Below are positions 44,083 to 59,000 of a stretch of DNA of 64,000 nt, piece by piece. The notes below the pieces were generated by a model, which was given only the letters and a program-made list of their open reading frames with translations, did not search any database and was not told where the DNA came from. Origin of the DNA: Macrostomum lignano (taxonomy: Eukaryota); NCBI GenBank assembly GCA_002269645.1, contig NIVC01000567.1, forward strand, positions 124,001-188,000, given 5' to 3'. Both the position numbers and the translations under genes were made by a program. How positions within the stretch are numbered: position 1 is the stretch's first letter; the number at the start of each line of letters is the position of its first letter.

Positions 44083-47000
44083 TTAAACCACAGTTGCCGG
44101 CTTGGCAGCCAATTGGCTCTCCAAAAAGTTGAGATCCAGCAGAGCAATTTCCTGCAACAGGTGAAAGCAACGAACAGGCGTTACTTAAAATGAAATATTT
44201 ATTCCATTTTCAAATTAAATTTTAAAAGTTAAACAAATCAACGATTATATTGAATTTCAATTCGAGTAGTATAAAGATAGCTAAATCTTAAGTAACAACA
44301 GCTACTCGGAAGTAACAAGAAGATCCAGATTTGCTATAGAGTTTGTAGAGTTTCTATTAAAGAAACTTAGTAACCAAAATGATCGAAACAATCTCTTACG
44401 AAAACAACGAACAATTTTTCCGCAATTTAAATCTAGCCATTGCACAGCATCAAAGCTTGTAACTAAACTGATCATACAAAGAAGCCCGACTTTTTGTTTT
44501 CATAATTAGTATTTATAATTAATGAATAATTGTGCAAAATTAGTCTGAAAATCAAAATTAACCTTTGGTTAGAAAAATTGAATTATTGCGATGCGTTTAC
44601 ATCGAGTGTGCTAAATAAGATTAGAAGATAAGTTAGGTAAAAAATTATGAATAATTATTTAAGTAGTGTTAGCAGCTTTTTTATTGCATTTTCTAGATTT
44701 GAAGTCGGTTAATTCTTTAATTAGGTTAAATTATGCGGTCCGTTATGGTAAATTATTTAATTGCGATCGCAGAAAAATATACTTCCAGTGTGCACAGCCA
44801 GCACAGCTACTGGTTAAAAATAAACATCAACAAAACTGTGCGCCAGTTCAATTTATGATTGTTTTAATTTTTAGCAACACGTATTTATTAGCTTTAAAAA
44901 ACGATAAGTCGCCTGCCAAAATTTACACGGCGCAGCCGGCCGGCATGTTCAAGTGTGATTCTGCAGTAACCACATCTACATGTAGTCGTCTGAAGAGTAC
45001 AAACCGATGGATTCATCTGGCAAAGTTGCCTGCGATTCGCCAATGCTGCGCAAAGCTTCTAGAAAGGACTTATAATGCGCCAAGTCCTCGATAGGGATTG
45101 CCAACTCTTCAGCAATTTGCTGCATAAAATGATAAAAATAAGGAAATTTACCGCATGCAATTAGAATAAATGAACACTGTTAGTAGCAGGAAGATAATAA
45201 AGTTCTAGTGAGTATTTTGCTAGCTACAACTGCTAAACACTTGTTTTTTGCTATAAAAAGAATAAAGCATAGTAATAAATAATTCAGGGTAAAATTGGTA
45301 AAAAATTGTATAAAAACTAAGTTATGTACGGCTATTTTAAACGCCGATTGAATTTTAAGTGCTAAAATGCAGATAATCGGTACTGTACACGATCTTAGTT
45401 CAAAATTTCGTACAAACAAACAAACATACAAGATTTTCATTTTTAGTATATGGATGCATGCCCATGCTCACTTGAAATTTGTTCTATGAAATAAAAAATT
45501 GGGTGGTATTTCCGATTCTTAACATACACCAGGTTTCAGTCATGCCGCGTTGTTGATAAACCAAAAATAACACTCTACTATACCAAACTCTACTAACAGT
45601 AGAATATTGAAAATGAAATAGGTAGTTGAAGATTTAGGGTCATTATTAAGTGAGAAACTTTTTGGAATATTGTACACTTGTACTTTTAACTTTAACTGAG
45701 AGAGAACTATTCTAGCGAAATTACACGAACAAATTCTATCATTTTATATGGGCCACTGACTGAAATAAGCAAATAAGACGATTCTCTTAACGTCAGCGAT
45801 AAGATAAAGGCCACAAATGTACGCTAGTCAGGGAGGGGGTGAGGGGGAATGAATGTACATTAAGCACGTACACAGGCAAGACTGTACACTGCCCCGGGAC
45901 ACTGGGAGAAAGAAAATTGACGACGATCCGAGAGGAGCGCGGGGAAGGGGTAGGGAGGGGAGGGGAGTGGAGCAATTAAACACTTAAGTGTGCACTACAG
46001 TTTTAAGGAAAAGACGCGAAATGCTTATTAACTTGCAGAGAATCTATCTTAATTCAATTTGAATCATTAATAGTGCATATGTGCCCCATTTGTTTTTATC
46101 AGCCCTATTTTTTTTTCTAGGATTGTTTCCCTGGAGAGGCATCGTCCTTATTAAGCCATTGTAGTATGTTTACTATCGTTAAAAGAAAGTTCCTGAAAGC
46201 AACAATTTTTACTTGTTTATTTTTCATATACCAAATAAAACGATAATTCTAGCTAACATCTAGAAGTGCCATACTGTTAATATGATTACTTTTTAGTAGG
46301 ACGAGCAGAGGAATGTAAAGGGGATGGGAACTTAATGTTTACAATAATAGATAAATCTATCGGATAAATAAACCAAGCACAGCAATTAAAGCAAGCTAAA
46401 TTAATAAAAGGATAAAGCGACAATAATCATACAGGTAAACACTACGTCAAAAGTAAAAATTAACACATAAAAAACATAATGCCAAAGATAAACACAGCCA
46501 CCAAAATCAGGGTAGGATATTTATTATCAAGCAATAAATTATTTCTTTAAAACTTTCACTGACAATCTCAAACTTACCTCGTCCAGCGCTCGAGTAACTC
46601 GACCAACCTGCTCAGCATGCTCACGTTCCAAAGCTTCTCGTGCGTTGCTCTGTCGATTAACCAGTCGTTTGCGTTCCTCAATAAATTTCTTAGTATTGTT
46701 CTCGTTCACTTCCCGGACTCGACGATCTCGTTCGGCTTTGTTTCGTATCGTCTTGTCGTTGAGCACGGCCCGACTAGATTCCATGCTATGCTTAGTCTGT
46801 TGAGCACGCAGGTCTTTGTTCTCGCGCTCGTGCTGAGCGGTCATGTCCTTGCGCTGGGCGGCTTGCAATTCCAGAATGACACGGCTAGCCAGTTCTCGGT
46901 GAGCTTCTAGTTGAGTACGGCGAAGTTCGTGAGCTTCGCGCGCGTGCTGCTGGGTGAGTGCGGTCCACTGGTCGGTGTGCTGAGCAACCAGTGAGCACAT

Positions 47001-50000
47001 CTGCGCGTGGGTGACCGGAATGTTTTCACTGATTCAGCTATCTGAGACCTACGTCTAAATGTTTAAACCAGATTCCATTCCAGATAATGCATAATAATAA
47101 CTCTAATTTGCTGCGGGCTAGTTGAGAGAGGAAAGGAGAGGGAATAGATTAGAGAGAGAAGATGACACGAGAGGAGAGATTAGACAGGAAGAGGGGAGAG
47201 GACAGAGCTCAGAAGAGAGCTGAGAAGAGACCTGAGAGGAGTTTGTCTGAAATTTTGCACGTTATTGTGGCAATTTGTGGGTGCTAAATCATTAATTTTA
47301 AAAAAAACACGGTTTAAAAATCTTCGCTAACCTCTTCGTTCTGTGCATCGCGCATCTCCTTAACTGGTCCATCGGAATTGCCATTTTCCCTGAAGGAATA
47401 AAGAAGGGTTAATAAGTACCCATATTCACTATTAGTTGCATTATTAATATGCACGTTAGAATACAGAGTTAACGAGAAAATAAAAGAGAAACACAAACAA
47501 ACAAACAACTATAATAAGCAATTAAGTGCACTGTGAATATTAATTAAGCGATATAGTAACTATTTACGAGCTTGTAAGGATAATTTGTCAAATTAATAAA
47601 ATAAAGACTAAAAGATTCACACATTGAGCAAGCAAATTTTTAGCCTAGTTAAATTATGTAAAATTATCGACAGATTCAGGACAGTATTTCAAGAATAAAG
47701 AATGGTAGGAATAATTGCAATCAGAGATATTTATTGGCTTTGTTTCATTGTAAATGTCAATCTCTCTCATAACTGGTTTAAAAGGGTTTTAATATTGCTA
47801 GAAATTTGCCCCTCCACTGTGGCCACTAAGCTATTGTTCTTATTGCCCAAAGTGACTCAATAAGGTGACTTATAAAATTAATAATAGAATACTAATGATG
47901 AGAAGGCAATTAAAGTGAAGCAAGCGGCAAGCAAGTACAAGAAGAGAGAGTTATTCAAAATCAGCACAGTTAGATTTAGCAATTTAAGCAGCCACTGGCG
48001 GTGAATTATTCACTTCAATTTTGCTATATTCTGTCTACTTATGAGGCTTGTTCACAGATTTTGAGAAACACAGCAGATAGACCACAATTTGCAATCTAGG
48101 GGATCCCCATGGTCATGGCTAGGGTTATGTCTAGGGTTAGGGCTATGTCTAGGGTTAGGGCTATGTCTAGGGTTATGTCTAGGGTTAGGGCTATGTCTAG
48201 GGTTATGTCTAGGGTTAGGGCAATGTCTAGGGTTATGTCTAGGGTTAGGGCTAGGGTTAGGGCTATGTCTAGGGTTATGTCTAGGGTTAGGGCAATGTCT
48301 AGGGCTATGTCTAGGGTTGTGGCTAAGGTTGAGGTTAGGGTTAGGATCAGCAGACAATGTGGCAGCCAAATGTTGCAAATCCCAAATTTATACAGAAAAA
48401 ACTCTAAAACAGACGTCCAGATCAAAGTAGCATCATTAACTAATGGATGGCCCCAACTAAGTGTATAAGGCCTAATTTGCGTGACTGTTAACTTCAATAG
48501 AAAACCAGGCAATAAGAGAACAATTATGAATGAAAAGAAACTATTCAAGATCGGACCGAACAGAAGCATTCGGACTCAAAGTTGCAGACGGTGTTGCTTC
48601 TGCTTCTGCTGCAGCATCATCAGCTGTGTTTGGCCTACGCGTTGTATTGCTAGCAGCGATGCAGCCAAACCAATTGGTGCAACCAACTGCATCCTCTGAC
48701 ATCGATGCTACAGAGTTGCTGCAAAATTATATGATTACAATATATATATTGAATATTATTATTAGTTATTGTGTTTGTTAATGTCGTAAATCGATAAGGA
48801 AAATAAAAAAATAAATACCTACAGGAAACCAAAATTATGCAAACTTAACAACGACTAATAATGCACACACATACATAAAATCTGCCTCATTAAAAGCATG
48901 CAGTCTCAGGTGTTTTAAACGAACGTATATAGCAAATAATAAAATTAATACTGATGTTGTCATACACTCGGAAACAAAAAGAAATTTATTTGAGATTTAA
49001 AATTAAACTTGTGTTCCATTGGATAATATAAAATAGGCAAATGACAACACATGATTAAAATACTGCTATAGTTTATTTTGACATTTACCGGTCAAGAGAG
49101 GCACTATAAAAATACAATCATACTAAACTAGATAAACACAGCCCAGGTGAGAGTGACTCATACTAAACCAGATAAACACAGCCCAGGTGAGAGTGACTCA
49201 TACTAAACCAGATTAACACAGCCCAGGTGAGAGTGACTCATACTAAACTAGATAAACACAGCCCAGGTGAGAGTGAGTCATACTAAACTAGATAAACACA
49301 GCCCAGGTGAGAGTGAGTCATACTAAACTAGATAAACACAGCCCAGGTGAGAGTGAGTCATACTAAACTAGATAAACACAGCCCAGGTGAGAGTGAGTCA
49401 TACTAAACTAGATAAACACAGCCCAGGTGAGAGTGACTCATACTAAACCAGATAAACACAGCCCAGGTGAGAGTGAGTCATACTAAACTAGATAAACACA
49501 GCCCAGGTGAGAGTGACTCATACTAAACCAGATAAACACAGCCCAGGTGAGAGTGACTCATACTAAACCAGATAAACACAGCCCAGGTGAGAGTGACTCA
49601 TACTAAACTAGATAAACACAGCCCAGGTGAGAGTGAGTCATACTAAACCAGATAAACACAGCCCAGGTGAGAGTGACTCATACTAAACTAGATAAACACA
49701 GCCCAGGTGAGAGTGAGTCATACTAAACAAGATAAACACAGCCCAGGTGAGAGTGACTCATACTAAACCAGCGATTTAGCTAGGATTAAAAATACTACTA
49801 GAATGAGTACTATAAAAAGCAAATAAGAGACTCACGATCGTCCTTTGCTGCTCTTTTTAGACAGGTTGGCCAGAGCCTTAGTGTGCTGATTAGCCAACCG
49901 TTCGCTCTCGGCAGTGTGAGCCTTCAGTATAACTTGCAGCTCTTTCTCTTGCCGCTTGAGCACCAGATCTAATTCTTTAGTTTGCTTTTTAATCAGCTTT

Positions 50001-53000
50001 TGAAACTGCTTGTCCTGACGTATAGCGTCTAGTGTGATGGGCTCCAGCCAGGAGTCTTCGCGGTTGGCGCCACCGCCAACGCCGCTACCACCGCCTCCGC
50101 CGCCGCCGACTCCACTGCTTGAGCCCGGAGGCATCGAGTTCGGCCTGTTCGACGTGGAACCGCCTCCACCGCCGCCTCCGCCGCTACTGTCGACGCCGCC
50201 AGTTGATGAGCCGCCGCCGCCGCCGCCTCCTGAATGGGCTTTGCTGGTCTTCTTTCGGCCGGCAGTGGTCGGCACGTCGGCTATTTCAGAGGTCTCTGCA
50301 TTGTTGGTTGTTTGTTGTTGTAGTTTGTTGTCATTTGTTGTCATTTTTTGTTGTTGCAAAGGGTTTATGAGATTCTCAAGGGTTTAGGAGGAGATTCTCA
50401 AGGGTTTAGGAGGAGATTCTCAAGGGTTTAGGGAGGAGATTCTCAAGGGTTTAGGAGGAGATTCTCAACGGTTTAGGAGGAGATTCTCAAGGGTTTAGGA
50501 GGAGATTATCAAGGGTTTAGGGAGGATTCTCAAGGGTTTAGGAGGAGATTCTTAACGGTTTAGGAGGAGATTCTCAAGGGTTTAGGAGGAGATTCTCAAG
50601 GGTTTAGGGGGGATTCTCAATGGTTTGTGGGGGGATATTCTCAAGGGTTTAGGAGGAGATTCTCAAGGGTTTAGGGGGGATTCTCAAGGGTTTAGGGGGA
50701 GGATATTTTCAAGGGTTTAGGAGGAGATTCTCAAGGGTTTAGGAGGAGATTCTCAACGGTTTAGGAGGAGATTCTCAAGGGTTTAGGAGGAGATTCTCAA
50801 GGGTTTAGGAGGAGATTCTCAAGGGTTTAGGGAGGATTCTCAACGGTTTAGGAGGAGATTCTCAGAGGTTTAGGAGGAGATTCTCAAGGGTTTAGGAGGA
50901 GATTCTCAGAGGTTTAGGGAGGATTCTCAAGGGTTTAGGAGGAGATTCTCAAGGGTTTAGGAGGAGATTCTCAAGGGTTTAGGAGGAGATTCTCAGAGGT
51001 TTAGGGAGGATTCTCAAGGGTTTAGGAGGAGATTCTCAAGGGTTTAGGGAGGATTCTCAAGGGTTTAGGAGGAGATTCTCAAGGGTTTAGGGAGGATTCT
51101 CAAGGGTTTAGGAGGAGATTCTCAAGTGTTTAGGAGGAGATTCTCAAGGGTTTAGGAGGAGATGCTCAAGGGTTTAGGGAGGATTCTCAAGGGTTTAGGA
51201 GGAGATTCTCAAGGGTTTAGGGAGGATTCTCAAGGGTTTAGGAGGAGATTCTCAAGTGTTTAGGAGGAGATTCTCAAGGGTTTAGGGAGGATTCTCAAGG
51301 GTTTAGGAGGAGATTCTCAAGGGTTTAGGGAGGATTCTCAAGGGTTTAGGAGGAGATTCTCAAGTGTTTAGGAGGAGATTCTCAAGGGTTTAGGAGGAGA
51401 TGCTCAAGGGTTTAGGGAGGATTCTCAAGGGTTTAGGAGGAGATTCTCAAGGGTTTAGGGAGGATTCTCAAGGGTTTAGGAGGAGATTCTCAAGTGTTTA
51501 GGAGGAGATTCTCAAGGGTTTAGGAGGAGATTCTCAGAGGTTTAGGGAGGATTCTCAAGGGTTTAGGAGGAGATTTTCAAGGGTTTAGGGGGGATTATCA
51601 ATGGTTTGTGGGGGATATTCTCAAGGGTTTAGGAGGAGATTCTCAAGGGTTTAGGAGGAGATTCTCAAGGGTTTAGGAGGAGATTCTCAGAGGTTTAGGG
51701 AGGATTCTCAAGGGTTTAGGAGGAGATTTTCAAGGGTTTAGGAGGAGATTTTCAAGGGTTTAGGGGGGATTCTCAAGGGTTTAGGAGGAGATTTTCAAGG
51801 GTTTAGGAGGAGATTTTCAAGGGTTTAGGGGGGATTCTCAAGGGTTTAGGAGGAGATTTTCAAGGGTTTAGGGGGGATTCTCAAGGGTTTGCGGGGGAGA
51901 TTCTCAAGGGTTTAGGGGGAATTCTCAATGGTTTGTGGGGGGATATTCTCAAGGGTTAAGGGAGGAGATCCTCAAGGAGAGCCATTCCCTCACCAATGCC
52001 CATATCCTTCATCTGTCGCTCTCTCTTCTCGGCCTTGGACAGGAAGGCTCTGGGATCGCTCAGGGCGTCCACAAAAGCGGCCAAGCCTTCGGGCACGTAG
52101 GTTTTCAAATCGATTCGACAGAAAATAGTGGGTAAAGACAGTGGGAAGTTGCCCTCAGTGCGCAGGCTGATGTGGCGGTAGCCGGCGCACAGGCCGTCAA
52201 GCGGCAGAATCCTCTGACCAATCAGTTTGCCAGTCTCCTCGTAAACTCCGATACGAATAACAGCCAAATCCGGTAGCACGATTTTACGAAACACGAATGG
52301 CTCTTCGTTGTAGACCGGATTAAGCCCGTTGCCGGGCACTATTCGAGTTCGAAATTCTCGCCTGATAGTGTCGGTGGGTAGGCCGTACATGTCCACCTCG
52401 ACGTAGGTGCCGATCTTCCGATCCGACAAGAACTGGCCGGACAGGATCTGGACCGAGCAGCTGGCGGCGATCACGCCATCGACTGGACTCTCCGAGAACG
52501 GGTCGAAATGACGGTCAGCTCGGCGCATAAAGTCCGGCTTGAGTAGGTAGCTTTTTTGTACAGTTGGAACGGGATGGATGGATGAAATTTTATTCGTGTG
52601 CTACTACTACTACTACGACTACTACTACTACTACTGCTACTACTACTACTGCTACTACGACTACTACTGCTACTACTACTACTACTGCTACTACTACTAC
52701 TACTGCTACCAACTACTACTACTAATAATACTACTTCTACTACTACATACTACTACTACTTACTACTACTATTCCTACTTCTAATGTTTACTACTTCTTC
52801 TACTACTACTAATAAAACTACTACTACTACCACAAACTACTGCTACTACTAGTACTACTACTACTACTACTACCAATACTACTACTACTAGTACTACTAC
52901 TTCTACTACTACTACTACACACTACTACTACTAACTACTGCTACTAGTAGTAGTACTACTACCGCTACTAATAGCAAGAGCAGCATTGTTAAAACTCACC

Positions 53001-56000
53001 CGCAATTGCCGTTATACTCAAATTTGCCCTGATTCAGCTGCATAGCTAAATCGGGCGTTTGAAAATTTAACGCAACCATTTGGCAGCCGGCGTTCCAGAA
53101 AATTTGCGGCATAAAATTGCTGGAATCCACTCGATTGCCTCTGGGATAGATTCGACTCATCTGGCGCTTGTTGTAGCTTTATTATAGTTTACAGAGTTTC
53201 ATTGATTGTTTGGTTAAGGAAAATAAAAACCAATGCTTGCTACTTGCAGTAGCTAAATTAGCAGAATTTTTGAACTAATGATTTTACAACACAATTCTAA
53301 ATGCAGTAAATAAGGAAGGTTAATCAAAACACGCAAACGACACTACTAGTAGATACTAGCACAGCAAGCAAGCACACTATAAAATAAAAGGATACGCAAC
53401 GAAATCTGTTACAGATTTTTTGATGTAGCCAAGCGCAACGCCCTCGTTGAATGAGGACATGTGAAAGTGCTTGTTCACTTCTAAAATAGAATAAATTAAT
53501 AAATTGGAGGAACGTGCAGGTTATAAATGAGGATAAAGGAAAGCAGGTTTCGATGCTTTTACTGACAACATTAACGCTTGAATAGCACAAATACCGAAAG
53601 GGAAAGCCGATATAATTTACAAGAAGATAATGGCTCACGGGCTTGAGGGGCAGAAAATCCCAGATAGAATAGTGGTGATAGGGGCCGGATAACCCCATTA
53701 ACATAGTGGAGAGACAGGGGCGGAAAACCCAAATTAAATAGTGGTGATAGGGGCCGGATAACTCCATTAACATAGTGGAGACAGGGGCGGAAAACCCAAA
53801 TGAAATAGTGGTGATAGGGGCCGGATAACTCCATTAACATAGTGGAGACAGGGGCGGAAAACCCAAATGAAATAGTGGTGATAGGGGGCGGATAACCCCA
53901 TTAACATAGTGGAGAGACGGGCGGAAAACCCAAATGAAATAGTGGTGATAGGGGGCGGATAACCCGATTAACATAGTGGAGAGACGGGCGGAAAACCCAA
54001 ATGAAATAGTGGTGATAGGGGCCGGATAACTCCATTAACATAGTGGAGACAGGGGCGGAAAACCCAAATGAAATAGTGGTGATAGGGGGCGGATAACCCC
54101 ATTAACATAGTGGAGAGACGGGCGGAAAATCCAAATGAAATAGTGGTGATAGGGGGCGGATAACCCCATTAACATAGTGGAGAGACGGGCGGAAAACCCA
54201 AATGAAATAGTGGTGATAGGGGGCGGATAACCCTTATTAACATAGTGGAGACAGAGGCAGAAAACCCAAATGAAATAGTGGTGATAGGGGGCGGATAACC
54301 CCAATCCCATTAACATAGTAAAGACAGGGGCGGAAAACCCAAATGAAATAGTGGTGATAGGGGGCGGATAACCCCATTAACATAGTGGAGAGACGGGCGG
54401 AAAATCCAAATGAAATAGTGGTGATAGGGGGCGGATAACCCCATTAACAAAGTGGAGAGACGGGCGGAAAACCCAAATGAAATAGTGGTGATAGGGGGCG
54501 GATAACCCTTATTAACATAGTGGAGACAGAGGCAAAAAACCCAAATGAAATAGTGGTGATAGGGGGCGGATAACCCCATTAACATAGTAAAGACAGGGGC
54601 GGAAAACCCAAATGAAATAGTGGTGATAGGGGGCGGATAACCCCATTAACATAGTGAAGACAGGGGCGGAAAACCCAAATGAAATAGTGGTGATAGGGGG
54701 CGGATAACCCTTATTAACATAGTGGAGACAGGGGCGGAAAACCCAAATGAAATAGTGGTGATAGGGGGCGGATAACCCTTATTAGCATAATGGAGACAGG
54801 GGCGGAAAACCGCATTAGCATAGTGGAGACAGGGGCGGAAAACCCCATTAGCACAGTGGAGACAGGGGCGGAAAACCCCATTAGCATAGTGGAGACAGGG
54901 GCGGAAAACCGCATTAGCATAGTGGAGACAGGGGCAGAAAAGCCCATTAGCATAGTGGAGACAGGGGCGGAAAACCCCATTAGCATAGTGGAGACAGGGG
55001 CAGAAAAGCCCATTAGCATAGTGGAGACAGGGGCGGAAAAGCCCATTAGCATAGTGGAGACAGGGGGGTCTGAACAGTGGTGCAACTCAAATATATATTC
55101 AAATAAAAATTTCTAAATTCTAGATTCACAACACAGCTGAGAATAGGAAAAATATTCAACAAAGGTGACAAGGCAAAACATTAAAACAAAACACTCGTGC
55201 AAAGTAAAAAAAATTCACCAATATTTTATAGCCTGACCTACTTTGCCTTTCAATTAAGACTTATTAAGAAATTCATGCTTAACAATTTTATAGAAGCAAT
55301 AATAGCAAACTTCAAACCAAATATTTTCTATATTATATGCATTCATGCTAATTGCAATACATACGTAAATACCACATATGCAAGTCGAGGAAATGAGGAA
55401 CTATTATTAAATAGGTGCTACATAGCAACAACACCAATACTGAAGCCGAAAGATAAACTGCGTTTATAAACCTTTTGGTTCAATTAAAATAGACTGGAAT
55501 CTTATAAAGGATACTTGACAAACTCAATAGCCTCATTTCTGAGGTAGCCAAGACCAACAGTCTCGGAATATGAGGACATGTGGTAATGAATGTTTTCCTC
55601 TGAAATTGTTTGTTAGGAATGCTCATTGCAGTGCGCTACTCGCTCAGAATGAAGCAGTAGTGTTAACACAGCAATATGGGCTATTTGAGGCCATTCTCAA
55701 TGGCTAATTTGAGGTCATTCTCAATGGCTAATTTGAGGCCATTCTCAATGGCTAATTTGAGGCCATTTTCAATGACTGATTTGAGGCCATTCTCAATGAC
55801 TGATTTGAGGCCATTCTCAAGGCTGATTTGAGGCCATTTTCAATGACTGATTTGAGGCCATTCTTAATGGCTAATCTGAGGCCATTCTCAAGGCTGATTT
55901 GAGGCCATTTTCAATGACTGATTTGAGGCCATTCTCAATGACTGATTTGAGGCCATTCTCAATGACTGATTTGAGGCCATTCTCAATGGCTAATTTGAGG

Positions 56001-59000
56001 CCATTCTTAATGACTGATTTGAGGCCATTCTCAATGGCTAATTTGAGGCCATTCTCAATGGCTAATTTGAGGCCATTCTCAATGGCTAATTTGAGGCCAT
56101 TCTCAATGGCTAATTTGAGGTCATTTTCAATGGCTAATTTGAGGCCATTCTCAAGACTAATTTGAGGTCATTATCAATGGCTAATTTGAGGTCATTCTCA
56201 ATGGCTAATTTGAGGTCATTCTCAATGGCTAATTTGAGGCTATTCTAAAGGCTAATTTGAGGCCATTCTCAATGACTGATTTGAGGCTATTCTCAATGAC
56301 TGATTTGAGGCCATTTTCAATGACTGATTTGAGGCTATTCTAAATGACTGGTTTGAGGCCATTTTCAATGACTGATTTGAGGCTATTCTAAATGACTGGT
56401 TTGAGGTCATTCTCAATGACTGATTTGACGCCATTTTCAATGACTGGTTTGAGGACATTCTCAATGACTGGTTTGAGGCCATTCTCAATGACTGGTTTGA
56501 CGCCATTTTCAATGACTGATTTGAGGCAATTTTCAATGACTGATTTGAGGCCATTCTCAATGACTGATTTGAGGCCATTCTCAATGACTGGTTTGAGGCC
56601 ATTCTCAATGACTGATTTGAGGCCATTCTCCATGACTGGTTTGAGGCCATTCTCAATGACTGGTTTAAGGCCATTCTCAATGACTGATTTGAGGCCATTC
56701 TCAATGACTGATTTGAGGCCATTCTCAATGACTGATTTGAGGCCATTCTCAATGACTGGTTTAAGGCCATTCTCAATGACTGATTTGAGGCAATTCTCAA
56801 TGACTGATTTGAGGCCATTCTCAATGACTGATTTGAGGCTATTCTAAATGACTGATTTGAGGCCATTCTCAATGACTGATTTGAGGCTATTCTAAATGAC
56901 TGATTTGAGGCCATTCTCAATGACTGATTTGAGGCCATTCTCAATGACTGGTTTGAGGCCATTCTTAATGTGACTGATTTTCAATGCATAATTTTTGCGA
57001 TTCTTCAGATGTAGACAATTGTGAGTCGTGACGTCTTGGAGAAATGAATAAGGCTTAGTGTTTATCAGTCCGTTTTCTGACAATTACTTTTAAGAATGTG
57101 CATTTGTCTCGTATAACTCTAATCAGTGAATCTCATTTTAAAACTACGGTATAACAAAAATTAATTAAAAAAAAAACAACCAATTAACGACTTAGATCTA
57201 TGCTATTGTAAGTTTGAGCTCACCTTCGGCGATATCAAAGCCTTGAAATTTGACAGGTTGAGCATAATTAACCATGGCCGACAGCACCGGATGAATATTA
57301 GTGGTCGCTCCGGTGTAATGGTACTGGGCTAGTAGGCCCTGCTCTTCCTCTGCGCTTAGGGTGCCCTGCAATGCGAGGCCAGGATTTAAATTAAATGATG
57401 AGGTGTGGGGGAGGATGAGGTGTGGGGGAGGATGAGGTGTGGGGGAGGATGAGGTGTGGGGGAGGATGAGATGTGGGGGAGGATGAGGTGTGGGGAGGAT
57501 GGGATGTGGGAGAGTATGAGGGGTGGGGGAGGATGAGGGGTCGGGGAGGATGAGGGGTCGGGGAGGATGAGGGGTAGGGGAGGATGAGGTGTGGGGGAGG
57601 ATGAGGGGTGGGTGAGGATGAGGGGTGGGGGAGGATGAGGGGTGGGGGAGGATGAGGTGTGGGGGAGGATGAGATGTGGGTGAGGATGAGGTGTGGGGGA
57701 GGATGAGGGGTCGGGGAGGATGAGGTGTGGGGGAGGATGAGGGTGGGTGAGGATGAGGTGTGGGGGAGGATGAGGTGTGGGGGAGGATGAGGGGTCGGGG
57801 AGGATGAGGGGTAGGGGAGGATGAGGTGTGGGGGAGGATGAGGGGTCGGGGAGGATGAGGGGTGGGTGAGGATGAGGGGTGGGGGAGGATGAGGGGTGGG
57901 GGAGGATGAGGTGTGGGGGAGGATGAGATGTGGGGGAGGATGAGGGGTGGGGGAGGATGAGGTGTGGGGGATGATGAGATGTGGGGAGGATGAGGGGTGG
58001 GGGAGGATGAGGGGGTAGGGTATATGAGGGGGTGGGGAGGATGAGGTGTGGGGGAGGATGAGGGGTGGGGGAGGATGAGGTGTGGGGGATGATGAGATGT
58101 GGGGGAGGATGAGGGGTGGGGAGGATGAGGTGTGGGGAGGATGAGATGTGGGTGAGGATGAGGTGTGGGGGAGGATGAGGGGTCGGGGAGGATGAGGTGT
58201 GGGGGAGGATGAGGGGTGGGTGAGGATGAGGTGTGGGGGAGGATGAGGTGTGGGGGAGGATGAGGGGTCGGGGAGGATGAGGGGTAGGGGAGGATGAGGT
58301 GTGGGGAGGATGAGGGGTCGGGGAGGATGAGGGGTGGGTGAGGATGAGGGGTGGGGGAGGATGAGGGGTGGGGGAGGATGAGGTGTGGGGGAGGATGAGA
58401 TGTGGGGGAGGATGAGGGGTGGGGGAGGATGAGGTGTGGGGGATGATGAGATGTGGGGGAGGATGAGGGGTGGGGGAGGATGAGGGGGTAGGGTATATGA
58501 GGGGGTGGGGGAGGATGAGGTGTGGGGGAGGATGAGGGGTGGGGAGGATGAGGTGTGGGGGATGATGAGATGTGGGGGAGGATGAGGGGTGGGGGAGGAT
58601 GAGGGGGTAGGGTATATGAGGGGGTGGGGGAGGATGAGGTGTGGGGGAGGAGGATAGAGGACAGCAGTAGAATCGGAGAACAGGTAGCAGTGCAGATGGC
58701 ATGATGAAATCCCCATTGAGTTGAGAATGTTAACTAAATTCATGAAACAGTTGAGAATCTGGCCAAAGAGCTAGAAGCCAAATCAAGACAAACCTTCGGT
58801 TTAGCATGCGGCACCTCGTCGATGCCAACATCGGTGGGCACGGCGCTGCCATTATTAGCAGTAGCCACAGCCGTCGAAGTTGCCGCGGTCAAATTAGTTA
58901 GAGAACTCGCAGGTACAGCGGCGGCGTCGGTTGGGGAAGTCGGCGAATTGGCCGTCACGGACGCTGCGGAGCCCTGGGAAACTGTGGCCGCCAGTGCGGG

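Noticed and set aside
48112-48345. True telomere or chromosome fusion site
   Set aside because: TTAGGG is embedded in a longer 12/18-bp unit inside a PLC intron; there is no pure hexamer tract or head-to-head junction.
49120-49770. CRISPR-like regular 40-bp repeats (also 30140-30998)
   Set aside because: Units are head-to-tail with no unique spacers, there are no cas genes, and the context is a eukaryotic intron.
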